Of a stretch of 64,000 nucleotides of DNA, positions 30,600 to 39,688 are shown one piece after another (position 1 is the first letter of the stretch; the number at the start of each line of letters is the position of its first letter). The DNA is from Promethearchaeia archaeon (lineage in GTDB: Archaea > Asgardarchaeota > Lokiarchaeia > Sigyniarchaeales > SOKP01), in contig JAWOCD010000022.1 in assembly GCA_046483985.1 (NCBI GenBank), positions 16 through 64,015 on the forward strand, in the 5' to 3' direction. The notes beneath the pieces were generated by a model. It made no database searches, was not told the DNA's origin, and was given only the letters and a program-made list of their open reading frames with translations. The translations under genes were made by a program, and so were the position numbers.

Positions 30600-31754
30600 T
30601 TAACCAGCGTCACGGATCTTTTTTTCGAGTTCGCTCAGATCCTCATCTTCCTCCCCCTCCTCTTCAGAAGTTTCCGATTCATCAGTTTGTGTTCCCTCTC
30701 CAGCAGCTTGAATTTGTTTTTCTAACTCACTTAAATCCTCATTCTCGGAGGGGGTTGCTTCTGAAGTGTCTGTATCCGATCCAGCGGCTTGAATCTGCTT
30801 TTCTAAGTCCGTTAATTCTTCTCCGCCTCCTTGAGATTCCTGCGATCTGTCATCCTTAGAGACCTCTTGGGCCATATTTTCTAAATCTTGTGCGAATTTG
30901 GCTTCTCTTTTTTCGAATTTCTTCTGAAATTCTGTTGCCTCCTTTTCTGCTTCCTTTTTCTGCTTTCGATATTCCCGATTTTCCTTTACTTCCTGCTTGG
31001 CTTTTCTCAATTCTCGTTTGAATTGTTTCAATTGCGTTCTGAGCATTTTGGGCACAATTTCTCCCTCTTCTTCAAGTTCCTTTATATCTTTTTCCAATTG
31101 GACAACATTTTTTTGCATCATTTCCACATAGCCCTCTTCGAATTGTTTGCTCATCCCTTCGGTCATTGCCCAATAATTCGATTCAAAATCCCTCTGTTTT
31201 TTGTAGGCATCCTTGAGTTTTTGATCCACCTCTTCGGGCTTTTCCGAGATGCTGGAGGGAGTAAGCGTCACTTGTTGGTTCATCATGATTTTTGTACTTT
31301 TTCCCAAGTCCTTATGCGTTATTTCAGCATATCCCGAAACTAATGCAACTGATACTTTCTCCTCATCTTTCACATGAATCCAGAAGAAATGATCCGAATC
31401 GACTAGATACTCAATTTCAGCTAGGGGTAGGGAGATCGGCCCGTAGGTTCGCACTCGAAATAAGCCATCCATTAAAGTGACCTTTGTAATAGTGGCGCCC
31501 TTAATATTCAGCTTCGCTTTCGAGTTCGGAAATAGACTGACATAGGTGTAATGATCTGTATTTTCATCGCTAATATCGATTGCATATGAATCTTCCCCTG
31601 TGATGATGGTATCACCGTCCTTGATCGGCACCACGAGGTCCTTCTCTAAATCCTCCTCATTTTCGGGGGCTCTCGCTTCTACTTTCTGTTTTTCCCCATT
31701 CCTTTTGATATATACGGTACCTTCCGTTTGATTTAATTCTACTTGTTTCTTCAT
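30600..31754 (-). CDS. Hypothetical protein with an N-terminal FecR-like beta domain, a central coiled coil and a C-terminal acidic region with three DL(S/T)(D/E)LEK(Q/K)I(Q/R)(A/D)AG repeats
   Basis: The N-terminus (TVYIKRNGEKQKVEA...PIKDGDTIITGEDSYAIDISD...LFPNSKAKL) resembles the FecR-domain pattern. The K/E heptad-rich middle is coiled-coil-like. The triple repeat is seen directly. Confidence 0.5.
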   Translation of the reverse strand: MKKQVELNQTEGTVYIKRNGEKQKVEARAPENEEDLEKDLVVPIKDGDTIITGEDSYAIDISDENTDHYTYVSLFPNSKAKLNIKGATITKVTLMDGLFRVRTYGPISLPLAEIEYLVDSDHFFWIHVKDEEKVSVALVSGYAEITHKDLGKSTKIMMNQQVTLTPSSISEKPEEVDQKLKDAYKKQRDFESNYWAMTEGMSKQFEEGYVEMMQKNVVQLEKDIKELEEEGEIVPKMLRTQLKQFKRELRKAKQEVKENREYRKQKKEAEKEATEFQKKFEKREAKFAQDLENMAQEVSKDDRSQESQGGGEELTDLEKQIQAAGSDTDTSEATPSENEDLSELEKQIQAAGEGTQTDESETSEEEGEEDEDLSELEKKIRDAG

Positions 31755-32089
31755 ACAACATTAATATTGTCTTTTCTTATAAATCCATGGAATTGGTTAA
31801 AGTTTTGAGGAAAGAATTTTGCCATGATAATAATTTGAACTATCACACCCTAAAGGGGATGGATTCGTGATTCATTGAAGATTTCTGACATACCATCAGT
31901 CTGACATCTTCTCCAAATGCCAGCCCCGTAGTCCTTACGGTTGAAGATGAACTTGGTTATCGTCCATCAATTACATTATAGTAGCGCTCTTTTATAAATA
32001 TATATGCGATTCAGCACCCCCCTAAAAGACGGTGTTTTCTCGCACTTTAGTGATAAAAAGAAAAATTAAAAATAAAAAACCAAATCTCT

Positions 32090-32887
32090 TTAATTATTTT
32101 CCCTTAGGATTACTACGTCTACATATAACTCATAGTTTTCATCTTCGTCCATATCATGGATTTTTACCTTTTCTACGGAGTTTGTTCCCAAAATTTCCAA
32201 AAGTTCGGACTGATATAAGGTTTTCACGTCAGATCGTTTCAATTTTTTCTGCAGTTCTTTATTACCGGGTGGATTTTCGCTTGATGTGACTAACACCACT
32301 CTTCCGGTGTGTTTAGTCAGTTGGATCGCTAATTTGATAGATTTATCTCCAGTATCGATAACAAGCACTCGTTTATCAGTGAATTGTTTCAAGTTTTCTA
32401 CTTCTTCATATACCCCTTTTCCTGAAAATTCATCAATACCTTTAATTATTTCAAAATCGATTGCTTCACATGTTGTTTTAGCTTCAACGGATTGCTCTTC
32501 GCCTGTTCTATAATTGTCTATTGCAGCTTTAAGAGCACCAGCAGCAAGATTGGAGCAATGCATCTTGATGGGGGGCAATCCTTCCAATTCCTCTGCCACA
32601 TCGCTTCTTGTTATTGTATATGCTTCTTCTAATTTCATCCCTTTTGCCATTTCGGTGGTCATTGATGAGGTTGCCACCGCTGAACCACAGCCAAATGTTT
32701 TAAATTTTATATCCGTGATGATTTCCTCTCCTTTTTCATTTTTTCCCACATTGATAAACATTTCCATGATATCCCCACAGACGGGATTTCCGACTTTTCC
32801 ATAACCATCGGGGTTTTCTATTTCCCCCACATTTCGTGGTTTTCGAAAATGGTCCATTACTCGTTCGGAATATTGCGTTGATTTCAT
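32090..32887 (-). CDS. iscU: IscU/NifU-N scaffold fused to a degenerate thioredoxin-reductase-like NAD(P)-binding domain
   Basis: The N-terminal 130 aa contain GNPVCGD, FKTFGCGSAVATSS and MHCSNLA, the three IscU Cys ligands. The C-terminal ~125 aa align to the TrxR central domain (GKGV...KRVLVIDTGDKSIKLAIQL...RVVLV) but lack its CxxC. Confidence 0.8.
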   Translation of the reverse strand: MKSTQYSERVMDHFRKPRNVGEIENPDGYGKVGNPVCGDIMEMFINVGKNEKGEEIITDIKFKTFGCGSAVATSSMTTEMAKGMKLEEAYTITRSDVAEELEGLPPIKMHCSNLAAGALKAAIDNYRTGEEQSVEAKTTCEAIDFEIIKGIDEFSGKGVYEEVENLKQFTDKRVLVIDTGDKSIKLAIQLTKHTGRVVLVTSSENPPGNKELQKKLKRSDVKTLYQSELLEILGTNSVEKVKIHDMDEDENYELYVDVVILRENN

Positions 32888-32890
32888 GAT

Positions 32891-34084
32891 TTATTCATTC
32901 ACCTCCTTATAATTACTAAATTCAGGGGGAGTTAATGGCGAGAGGGTTCTTAATCGCTTAACTATATCTGGCAAAACTTCAATTACTTTATTTATATCAT
33001 CTTCTTTTGTAAATCGTCCTAATGTGAATAAGAGGCTCCCATGGGCTTCTTCATGTAGTAAACCCATTGCAATCAAAGTATGAGAGGGTTCTAGAGTTTT
33101 TGAAGTGCACGCCGATCCTGTTGCAGCTGCAATTTTCTCGTCTTTTAACCCCAAGATCAAAGATTCCCCTTCAATAAAATCAAATCGGAAGTGAGCATTA
33201 TGCGGTAATCGATTTGTAGGGTGTCCATTGAGGTATGACTTCGGGATAGTATCCAAGATACCCTCTATTAATTTATCACGTAAATGTGCAAGCCTTTTCG
33301 CCTCTGCATTGATCTCGCTCTTCATGATTTCAGCGGCCTTTCCAAAACCAACAATTCCAGGCATATTATGAGAACCCGAGCGCATCCCTCGTTCTTGACC
33401 TCCTCCGATGATGATCGGATTTACTCTAACTCCTTTTTTAAGATATAAGGCTCCGACCCCGCGTGGACCGTAGATATCATTGGAAGACAGCGTAATCATA
33501 TCTATTGGGTTTTTCTGAACATTTATATGTATGTCGCTTTCACTGGCAACCGCATCTGTATGAAATAAAATGCCATTCTCTGCGGCGAGCTTACTTATTT
33601 CTTTTATGGGCTGGATAGATCCCACCTCATTGCTCGCGGTGGAAATGGATATCATGATCGTCTCATCGCGTATAAGATTCCTTAATTTATCCAAACTTAC
33701 AATTCCATATTGATCCACTGGCACTCTACTCACTTCAAATTCTTCGCGTTCCAAATATTTTCCTAAATTCAAGATCGAAATATGTTCAATTTCAGAAATT
33801 ATTATATGATTTCCTTTCTGCTTATTTCGTAAGGCGCCCCCAATTAATGCCAAATTATTAGATTCTGTTGCACTTCCGGTAAATATAATACTTTTTGGAT
33901 CGGGTGCATGGATAAATTTGGCAACTTTTTCTCGGGCGTGTTCCAGAGCTTCTGTTGCTATATCTCCAGTTCCATGCAAGGATGCGGGATTTGCAAATGT
34001 ATCTGTAAAATAAGGTTTCATTTCCGTAAAAACCCTTGGATCTACGGGCTTTGCCGCTTGATAATCTAGATATACTTGTTTCAT
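32891..34084 (-). CDS. iscS: Cysteine desulfurase (IscS/NifS, class V PLP)
   Basis: LSSNDIYGPRGVGALY is at the PLP-Lys position, SGSHN is present, and the active-site loop is ATGSACTS. It is followed by iscU. Confidence 0.9.
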   Translation of the reverse strand: MKQVYLDYQAAKPVDPRVFTEMKPYFTDTFANPASLHGTGDIATEALEHAREKVAKFIHAPDPKSIIFTGSATESNNLALIGGALRNKQKGNHIIISEIEHISILNLGKYLEREEFEVSRVPVDQYGIVSLDKLRNLIRDETIMISISTASNEVGSIQPIKEISKLAAENGILFHTDAVASESDIHINVQKNPIDMITLSSNDIYGPRGVGALYLKKGVRVNPIIIGGGQERGMRSGSHNMPGIVGFGKAAEIMKSEINAEAKRLAHLRDKLIEGILDTIPKSYLNGHPTNRLPHNAHFRFDFIEGESLILGLKDEKIAAATGSACTSKTLEPSHTLIAMGLLHEEAHGSLLFTLGRFTKEDDINKVIEVLPDIVKRLRTLSPLTPPEFSNYKEVNE

Positions 34085-34156
34085 TATTTTATCACAAATT
34101 TTAATCTTTTTAATTTTTTTCTATGTTCTAATTTTGTAAATATATCGATTCCGGGG

Positions 34157-34519
34157 TTAAAACCATAATGTCCCGTCAGCTTCAAGTACTAAATCATTTA
34201 AGGTTGCTGCGCCGACAATCTTAACTCCTGGAATCAGATCAACTTTCTCCCAGCCCAACATTCTCTTAGAAGCCTCGCAAACTAAAATTTCAACTCCGAT
34301 ATCCAAAGCTTTATCGATCATTTTCTTAACAGAGGGAAAATCGCCTAATTTAATCTTTTCTGCGGTTCCAGGCTTTAGAATTTTTAAGCCCATTCCCAAA
34401 TAATAAACCGTAGCTTTGATATCCATTGCTTTAGCAGTTTGAGCCAACACTAAAGGAGAATACTGACGTGCTGGAGCCTCGCTTGTTTGTACATATAATA
34501 AATATTTGTTTTCCATCAT
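34157..34519 (-). CDS. DsrE/DsrF-like sulfur-relay family protein
   Basis: The 120-aa Rossmann-like protein shows the DsrE2-like pattern (LVLAQTAKAMDIKATVYYLGMG...LVCEAS). It is adjacent to a TusA gene. Confidence 0.6.
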   Translation of the reverse strand: MMENKYLLYVQTSEAPARQYSPLVLAQTAKAMDIKATVYYLGMGLKILKPGTAEKIKLGDFPSVKKMIDKALDIGVEILVCEASKRMLGWEKVDLIPGVKIVGAATLNDLVLEADGTLWF

Positions 34520-34529
34520 TTTCCACCTC

Positions 34530-34781
34530 CTAATTGATTATTCTAAAATAAAAGATAAATTCATTTTTTTCTTTCTTGAGATCTAATAATTCTGTACCAG
34601 TTCTTTTAGCCCATCGCTTAAAATCTTCTTCAGCTGCTGGATCGTCTGCTAAAACCTTTAAGATTTGTCCTTTTTCCAAGGTTTCAGAGGTATTTCGAAC
34701 TTCAAACAACGGTTCTGGACAAAAGAGTCCTCTGGTGTCTAACTCTTTATCAAATGCCTTTTTTTCACCTTTTTCGGTCAT
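34530..34781 (-). CDS. TusA/SirA-family sulfurtransferase
   Basis: LDTRGLFCPEPL carries the conserved CPxP motif. The length is 83 aa. Confidence 0.8.
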   Translation of the reverse strand: MTEKGEKKAFDKELDTRGLFCPEPLFEVRNTSETLEKGQILKVLADDPAAEEDFKRWAKRTGTELLDLKKEKNEFIFYFRIIN

Positions 34782-35056
34782 TTTTAACCACCCAATTCTG
34801 AAATTTAAAATTTATTTGCATTAAACTAACTTTTTTCGATATTTATATTAATTAAAACGATATCTTGTTTTATCCAAAAATTAAATAGACGGTCAAGTCT
34901 ATAAAGGTGATCTTTATATTTTCAAAGTTTTGTTTTAGTATTGGGTTTTCTCGAATAACTGAAATTTAGACTTATTAATAATAAATAAGCTGCTTAAGAG
35001 TAATCTGGATTTTTAAATTCTCTTTCCCGTTATTCATATTTTTATTAAAGTTAATT

Positions 35057-35959
35057 TTAAGGGAGTGTCTCGGAAAGAGGTTCATTTAGGCTCCCAGTCC
35101 GATAGCCTTCTAAATCGAGTGAGATATAGGTAAAACCTAACTTTTTGATTTTATCTACTATATCTGAATTCTTTAAAATTACCTGAAAATCATTTTTTTC
35201 AATTTCGATACGTGCCACTTCTCCATGGAATCGAACGCGAACTTGATGAATTCCTAAATCTTTAATTAATTGCTCTGCTTTATCAATTTTTTTAATTTTT
35301 TTTTGGGTAATTTTAACACCGTATGGGAATCTCGAGGATAAACAAGCTAAAGATGGTTTGTCCCATGTTTCTAAGCTCATCTTCTTCGATAGTGCTCTTA
35401 TTTCTTTTTTGGTTAATTGAACTTCCTTTAATGGACTTATAATATCCAGTTCCTCCAATGCTTTTATTCCTGGGCGATAATCTCCTAAATCATCGTAGTT
35501 TGTCCCGTCCAAAACATAATTTATTCTTTTTTTCTCCGCCAACTTTTTTATTTTTGAAAAAAGCTCTTGTTTACAGAAATAACAGCGATCCTTGGGATTT
35601 TTGACGAAATTTTGATTTTCCATCTCTTTTGACTTGATGATGATATGTTCGAAACCCCACTTTTTTGCTAATTTTTTAGTAAAGTCCAATTCATCCCTTG
35701 GAAAGGTAGGAGAGTTACTAGTAATGGCAATAACATTATCTTTTAGAATAACTTGGGAAACTCTTAGAAGAAAACTGCTATCAACCCCTCCGGAAAAAGC
35801 TATTGCGACTTTTTCCATTTTCTTCAAAATTTTCTTCAAATTCCTAAACTTTATTTGAGTCGTTTCCTTCATTTCCGTCATTCTCTGTATTGGAGTTAAT
35901 TTTAAATCTGATTTAAATTTAAGAGCAATATTTGCATTAAAAGAAAAATTATAGGACAA
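35057..35959 (-). CDS. PP-loop ATP pyrophosphatase of the LarE / TIGR00268 type (ATP-dependent sulfur transferase-like)
   Basis: VAIAFSGGVDSS is the PP-loop, and LACLSSRFPYG is the LarE-type Cys motif. The true start is probably an internal Met (MTEMKETT, about nt 35881). Confidence 0.7.
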   Translation of the reverse strand: MSYNFSFNANIALKFKSDLKLTPIQRMTEMKETTQIKFRNLKKILKKMEKVAIAFSGGVDSSFLLRVSQVILKDNVIAITSNSPTFPRDELDFTKKLAKKWGFEHIIIKSKEMENQNFVKNPKDRCYFCKQELFSKIKKLAEKKRINYVLDGTNYDDLGDYRPGIKALEELDIISPLKEVQLTKKEIRALSKKMSLETWDKPSLACLSSRFPYGVKITQKKIKKIDKAEQLIKDLGIHQVRVRFHGEVARIEIEKNDFQVILKNSDIVDKIKKLGFTYISLDLEGYRTGSLNEPLSETLP

Positions 35960-35971
35960 ATAACGAATTCT

Positions 35972-36964
35972 TCAAGTAAATTTTTCGATGTATTTACAAT
36001 ATGTGCAAGTTTTTCCATTACTACAAGGATAACCGCAGTTTTTGCAAAAATTGTAGTTTACTTGAGGTTTTATTTTGTCCCTGTTTTTATATAAGATTTT
36101 TGATAATCTTAAAAAACTCTCTAAAAGATTATATTCAATTTCAGGCACCAAATTTTTCAATCTTTGAATAATCTGGAGCACTTTTTTTCTCGTTATGGGT
36201 TCCTCCTCTCTGTAAGGACAATGAGATCGATAGTACCTGAGGTTTTTTAAATTACAATACAAGAAAATTTCCTCCTCGGGGATATGCATTAACGGAGTTA
36301 TTTTTTTTACATAATACTTTTTTAATGTTTTTGACCGTTCTCTAAAGATGTATTGATTTCCAATTAAATAAAACCGTTTGTATAAGATGTTCATAAGGTA
36401 TGTTTCGGCTATATCTGTCAGGTTATGACCCATGGCAAGAACGGTCCCCTTTAGTTCTTTTGCACCTTCATTAAGCAGTCGTCTTCTAATTATTGCACAA
36501 TAGTTACAAGAATATCTTTTATTTTCTTTACCTTTCATTGTTTTAATGATCTCGTCTAATGTCATTCCGACTCTTCTTCTGAACGAAATAATCTTATATT
36601 CTACATCTAATTTCTCACAGAAGGCCTTCGCGAACTCAACACTCTTGTCTCGATATCCTTTAATACCTTCATCAATGATTAAAGCAGTTATAGAATTTAA
36701 ATTGTCGTTATTAAGTAAAAGTTTATTTAAGTTGTAAAGCAAAGCAATTGAATCCTTACCTCCAGAGAGCCCAATGATCAATTGATCCTCGGGAGTCCAT
36801 AGTTTTGACCTTGAAATCATCCTTTTGATTCTGTTTTCAATGGATTCAATAAAACAACTTCGGCATAAATTACGGTCAGAATATCTCTGTTCAATGACTG
36901 GTGATTTCCCACATTGCGTACATTCATCTAACTTTAAATGAATTTGATAATTTGAACGATTCAA
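35972..36964 (-). CDS. TtuA/NcsA-family tRNA 2-thiolation enzyme (PP-loop, Fe-S dependent)
   Basis: There are N- and C-terminal CxxC...CxxC Zn fingers and the PP-loop GLSGGKDS. Cluster ligands are CNYCAIIRRR and SHCPY. Confidence 0.8.
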   Translation of the reverse strand: MNRSNYQIHLKLDECTQCGKSPVIEQRYSDRNLCRSCFIESIENRIKRMISRSKLWTPEDQLIIGLSGGKDSIALLYNLNKLLLNNDNLNSITALIIDEGIKGYRDKSVEFAKAFCEKLDVEYKIISFRRRVGMTLDEIIKTMKGKENKRYSCNYCAIIRRRLLNEGAKELKGTVLAMGHNLTDIAETYLMNILYKRFYLIGNQYIFRERSKTLKKYYVKKITPLMHIPEEEIFLYCNLKNLRYYRSHCPYREEEPITRKKVLQIIQRLKNLVPEIEYNLLESFLRLSKILYKNRDKIKPQVNYNFCKNCGYPCSNGKTCTYCKYIEKFT

Positions 36965-37009
36965 GAAAGTTTTCCTCCTGAAATTGAAAAAAAGAGCGGA
37001 TTACCTTAT

Positions 37010-37396
37010 TTATGATTCTTTTTTCTTTTGGCGGTATTTTTCAACTGCTTCATGCAATCCATCAGCGGCTAAATTACTGCAGTGCATTTTAACTTGTGGT
37101 AATCCATCGAGCGCGTCTGCGACATTCTTTCTCGTTATCTTCATACCTTCGTCTAAGGTTTTTCCCTTTGCTAATTCTGTTATCATACTTGATGTTGCTA
37201 TAGCAGCTCCGCACCCAAAAGTTTGGAAGGAAATATCCTTAATGATTTCTTCTCCATTTTTTTCTTTAACTTTTAAATAAATATACATGAGATCACCGCA
37301 TACTGGGTTTCCAACTTCTCCAACTGCATCGGGATCTTTCATTTCTCCCATGTTTCTTGGGTTTTTGAAATGGTCCATAACTTTATCTGAATACAT
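37010..37396 (-). CDS. iscU: IscU Fe-S scaffold (second copy, stand-alone)
   Basis: GNPVCGD, FQTFGCGAAIATSS and MHCSNLA are present in 128 aa. Confidence 0.9.
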   Translation of the reverse strand: MYSDKVMDHFKNPRNMGEMKDPDAVGEVGNPVCGDLMYIYLKVKEKNGEEIIKDISFQTFGCGAAIATSSMITELAKGKTLDEGMKITRKNVADALDGLPQVKMHCSNLAADGLHEAVEKYRQKKKES

Positions 37397-37444
37397 ATTT
37401 TTCTTTCTCCTCTTTGTTTAAATTTATCTACTTTTAAACATATC

Positions 37445-38662
37445 TTAAACTTCTTTTTTCAGCGGGGACATTTTTCTAAGCCGTTCAATAACTGGAGGTA
37501 GTTTCTCTAAGAAAAAATCCACATCCTCTTCTGATGTAAATCTTCCTAATGTAATTCTAAGAGAACCATGTGCCTCTTCTGTCTCTAATCCAATCGCTAG
37601 TAGTACGTGAGATGCTTTTAACTCCTTTGAAGAGCAAGCTGATCCGGTGGAAGTTTCTATACCTTCCATGTCTAAACTTAATACCATTGACTCACCTTCA
37701 ATATATTTAAATCCCACATTGACGTTATTTGGAAGACGCCGAGACGGATGACCGTTTAAATAAGAATCCTCGATATTATTTAAGACGGTATCTATTATCT
37801 TATCTCTTAAGCTCTTTAATCTTTTTGCCTCTTCTTCCATCTTGTTTTCTGCTAATTCCGCTGCTTTGGCAAATCCTGCGATTAATGGTACCGCTTCGGT
37901 GCTAGGTCTTATTTTTCTCTCATGACCTCCTCCTTCCATTAATGGTTTAATGAATCTTCCTTGTCCCTTCTTCCTACCTCCGTTCCGGATGTAGAGTAAT
38001 CCTATACCCTTAGGCCCATAAATTTTATGACCGCTAACCGAAAGTAAGTCTATATTCATTTCATCCACATCAATGGGGATCTTTCCAAATGCTTGAACCG
38101 CATCAGTATGAAAAAGGATATCGTGCTTTTTTGCAATCTTTCCGATTTTTTTAATTGGTTGGATCGTGCCTATTTCATTATTAGCAAACATAACCGAGAT
38201 AAGAATTGTATTTTTAGTTATTGAATCCTCCAATTCCTTTAAATCAATTAATCCATTCCTATCTACGGGTAAATAGGTAACATTAAAACCTTGCTTTTCT
38301 AATTCTTCACAAGGATGTAATACTGCGTGATGTTCTATTTTTGATGTGATAATATGATTTCCTCTTTTTTTATTTTTATAGGCAACTCCTTTAATTGCTA
38401 AGTTATCTGCTTCTGTTCCTGAAGAGACAAAAAAGATATCATCTTTATCACTGTTAATAAGATTAGCAATTTTCCCTCTTGATCTTTCCATCACTTTTGT
38501 AGCCTTTTGTCCGAGGGAATGTAAACTTGATGCGTTTCCATAATTAGTTTTGAACTGTTTACATATTACTTTTATAACTTCTGGATCCATTGGAGTGGTA
38601 GCCGCGTTATCCAAATATATATAATGTAAATCTTTCAAATTCTTACCCTTTAAGATTAGCAA
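37445..38662 (-). CDS. iscS: Cysteine desulfurase (IscS/NifS, second copy)
   Basis: DNAATTPMDP, SGHKIYGPKGIGLLY (PLP Lys) and the active-site loop STGSACSS are present. Confidence 0.9.
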   Translation of the reverse strand: MLILKGKNLKDLHYIYLDNAATTPMDPEVIKVICKQFKTNYGNASSLHSLGQKATKVMERSRGKIANLINSDKDDIFFVSSGTEADNLAIKGVAYKNKKRGNHIITSKIEHHAVLHPCEELEKQGFNVTYLPVDRNGLIDLKELEDSITKNTILISVMFANNEIGTIQPIKKIGKIAKKHDILFHTDAVQAFGKIPIDVDEMNIDLLSVSGHKIYGPKGIGLLYIRNGGRKKGQGRFIKPLMEGGGHERKIRPSTEAVPLIAGFAKAAELAENKMEEEAKRLKSLRDKIIDTVLNNIEDSYLNGHPSRRLPNNVNVGFKYIEGESMVLSLDMEGIETSTGSACSSKELKASHVLLAIGLETEEAHGSLRITLGRFTSEEDVDFFLEKLPPVIERLRKMSPLKKEV

Positions 38663-38694
38663 TTTATTTTTATTTTTTTCGAATTTATCTTCCG

Positions 38695-38952
38695 TTAAAT
38701 GGTAGCCTCAAAAATACTTATTCTTTTATCATCATCGTCCTTATAGCTCCTTATAAAATGGGAATCTTTAAGCTTTCTTAGAGAGTATGCCACCGTCCGA
38801 TTTGGGAGAAGCGTTTCTTTTAAGATCTTTTGCCGATTCATGGGGCCATATTGTTTCAATAAATATAATATGAACTTACTTGAGGGAGCTAAAGAATACA
38901 ATTCTTCTTTTTCCTTTAGATCGGATATAATATACAAATCACTAATTATCAT
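38695..38952 (-). CDS. Small winged-helix (MarR/ArsR-like) DNA-binding protein
   Basis: The 85-aa protein has FILYLLKQYGPMNRQKILKETLLPNRTVAYSLRKLKDSHFI, which is HTH-like. It sits at the head of the iscS-iscU-ttuA-larE string. Confidence 0.5.
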   Translation of the reverse strand: MIISDLYIISDLKEKEELYSLAPSSKFILYLLKQYGPMNRQKILKETLLPNRTVAYSLRKLKDSHFIRSYKDDDDKRISIFEATI

Positions 38953-39124
38953 ATTATCACCTTTTTCAAATAACTCAAATTTCTAAAGAGTTATCTAAAA
39001 TTAAGAAAGAGCTAATTATATTTAAGACTTTGGGTTATATGCAGATCTAAACACCCTAATGCCGTTCTGTTTCAATTTAAAACCCAGAACGTAAAAAAGT
39101 TTCAAAATGAAACTCCTGAAAAGA

Positions 39125-39688
39125 TTAAAATTTACCGCATCCATCACACTTCCCAGAAAGAAAAGCCTCACAATCTTCACAAACATTTTCACATTTACAT
39201 TCTTGACTCTCGTTGGTGAACAGCTTAACAGGCAAGAATCTTTCCCCCGGAAAACTGAGAGCGAAAAGAATCTGAGAGTGTAAAATCCCTTCTTTATTCG
39301 TAGGACCACAATGGTTTATGTATCTATGGAGAATATCCATATTTTGACCGACAATCCCCATAATTAAATCATATTGTCCAGAGATATGAGATAATAAAAA
39401 TACCCGGGGGCAATCGGTATAACCTTTAATAATTTTTTTCGTAACCTCAAAATTTTTTGTTTCTAAAAGAATATAACACGCTTTATAGCCTAAATTATCA
39501 ATATTAATATCCCCTTGAATTTTCAGAACTTTCCCCTCTTTTAATTTCACAATTCGCTTCTTTATTCCGGTATGGCTCATTGTTTCGTTGTTACTTTTAA
39601 CAATTTTATCTTTAAGGTCGGTTAAGCTTTCACGTCCATCTTTGAAAAGTTCCCTAATTATTTGTTTATCAATATCGTCTATATTCAT
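39125..39688 (-). CDS. Lrp/AsnC-family regulator with a C-terminal Cys-rich extension
   Basis: The N-terminal DIDKQIIRELFKDGRESLTDL is HTH_AsnC-like, followed by a RAM-like domain. The tail CKCENVCEDCEAFLSGKCDGCGKF contains 8 Cys. Confidence 0.7.
   Translation of the reverse strand: MNIDDIDKQIIRELFKDGRESLTDLKDKIVKSNNETMSHTGIKKRIVKLKEGKVLKIQGDINIDNLGYKACYILLETKNFEVTKKIIKGYTDCPRVFLLSHISGQYDLIMGIVGQNMDILHRYINHCGPTNKEGILHSQILFALSFPGERFLPVKLFTNESQECKCENVCEDCEAFLSGKCDGCGKF

Noticed and set aside
30581-31343. Plus-strand ORFs (30581-30859, 30888-31343, 31292-31480) opposite the coiled-coil/acidic-repeat gene.
   Set aside because: They are antisense translations of K/E-rich coding sequence, giving Phe/Leu-rich pseudo-proteins. 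They are not independent genes.
39022-39309. A 95-aa minus-strand ORF overlapping the 3' end of the Lrp-like gene.
   Set aside because: It is out of frame and overlaps a gene with clear family motifs. Its composition looks non-coding.
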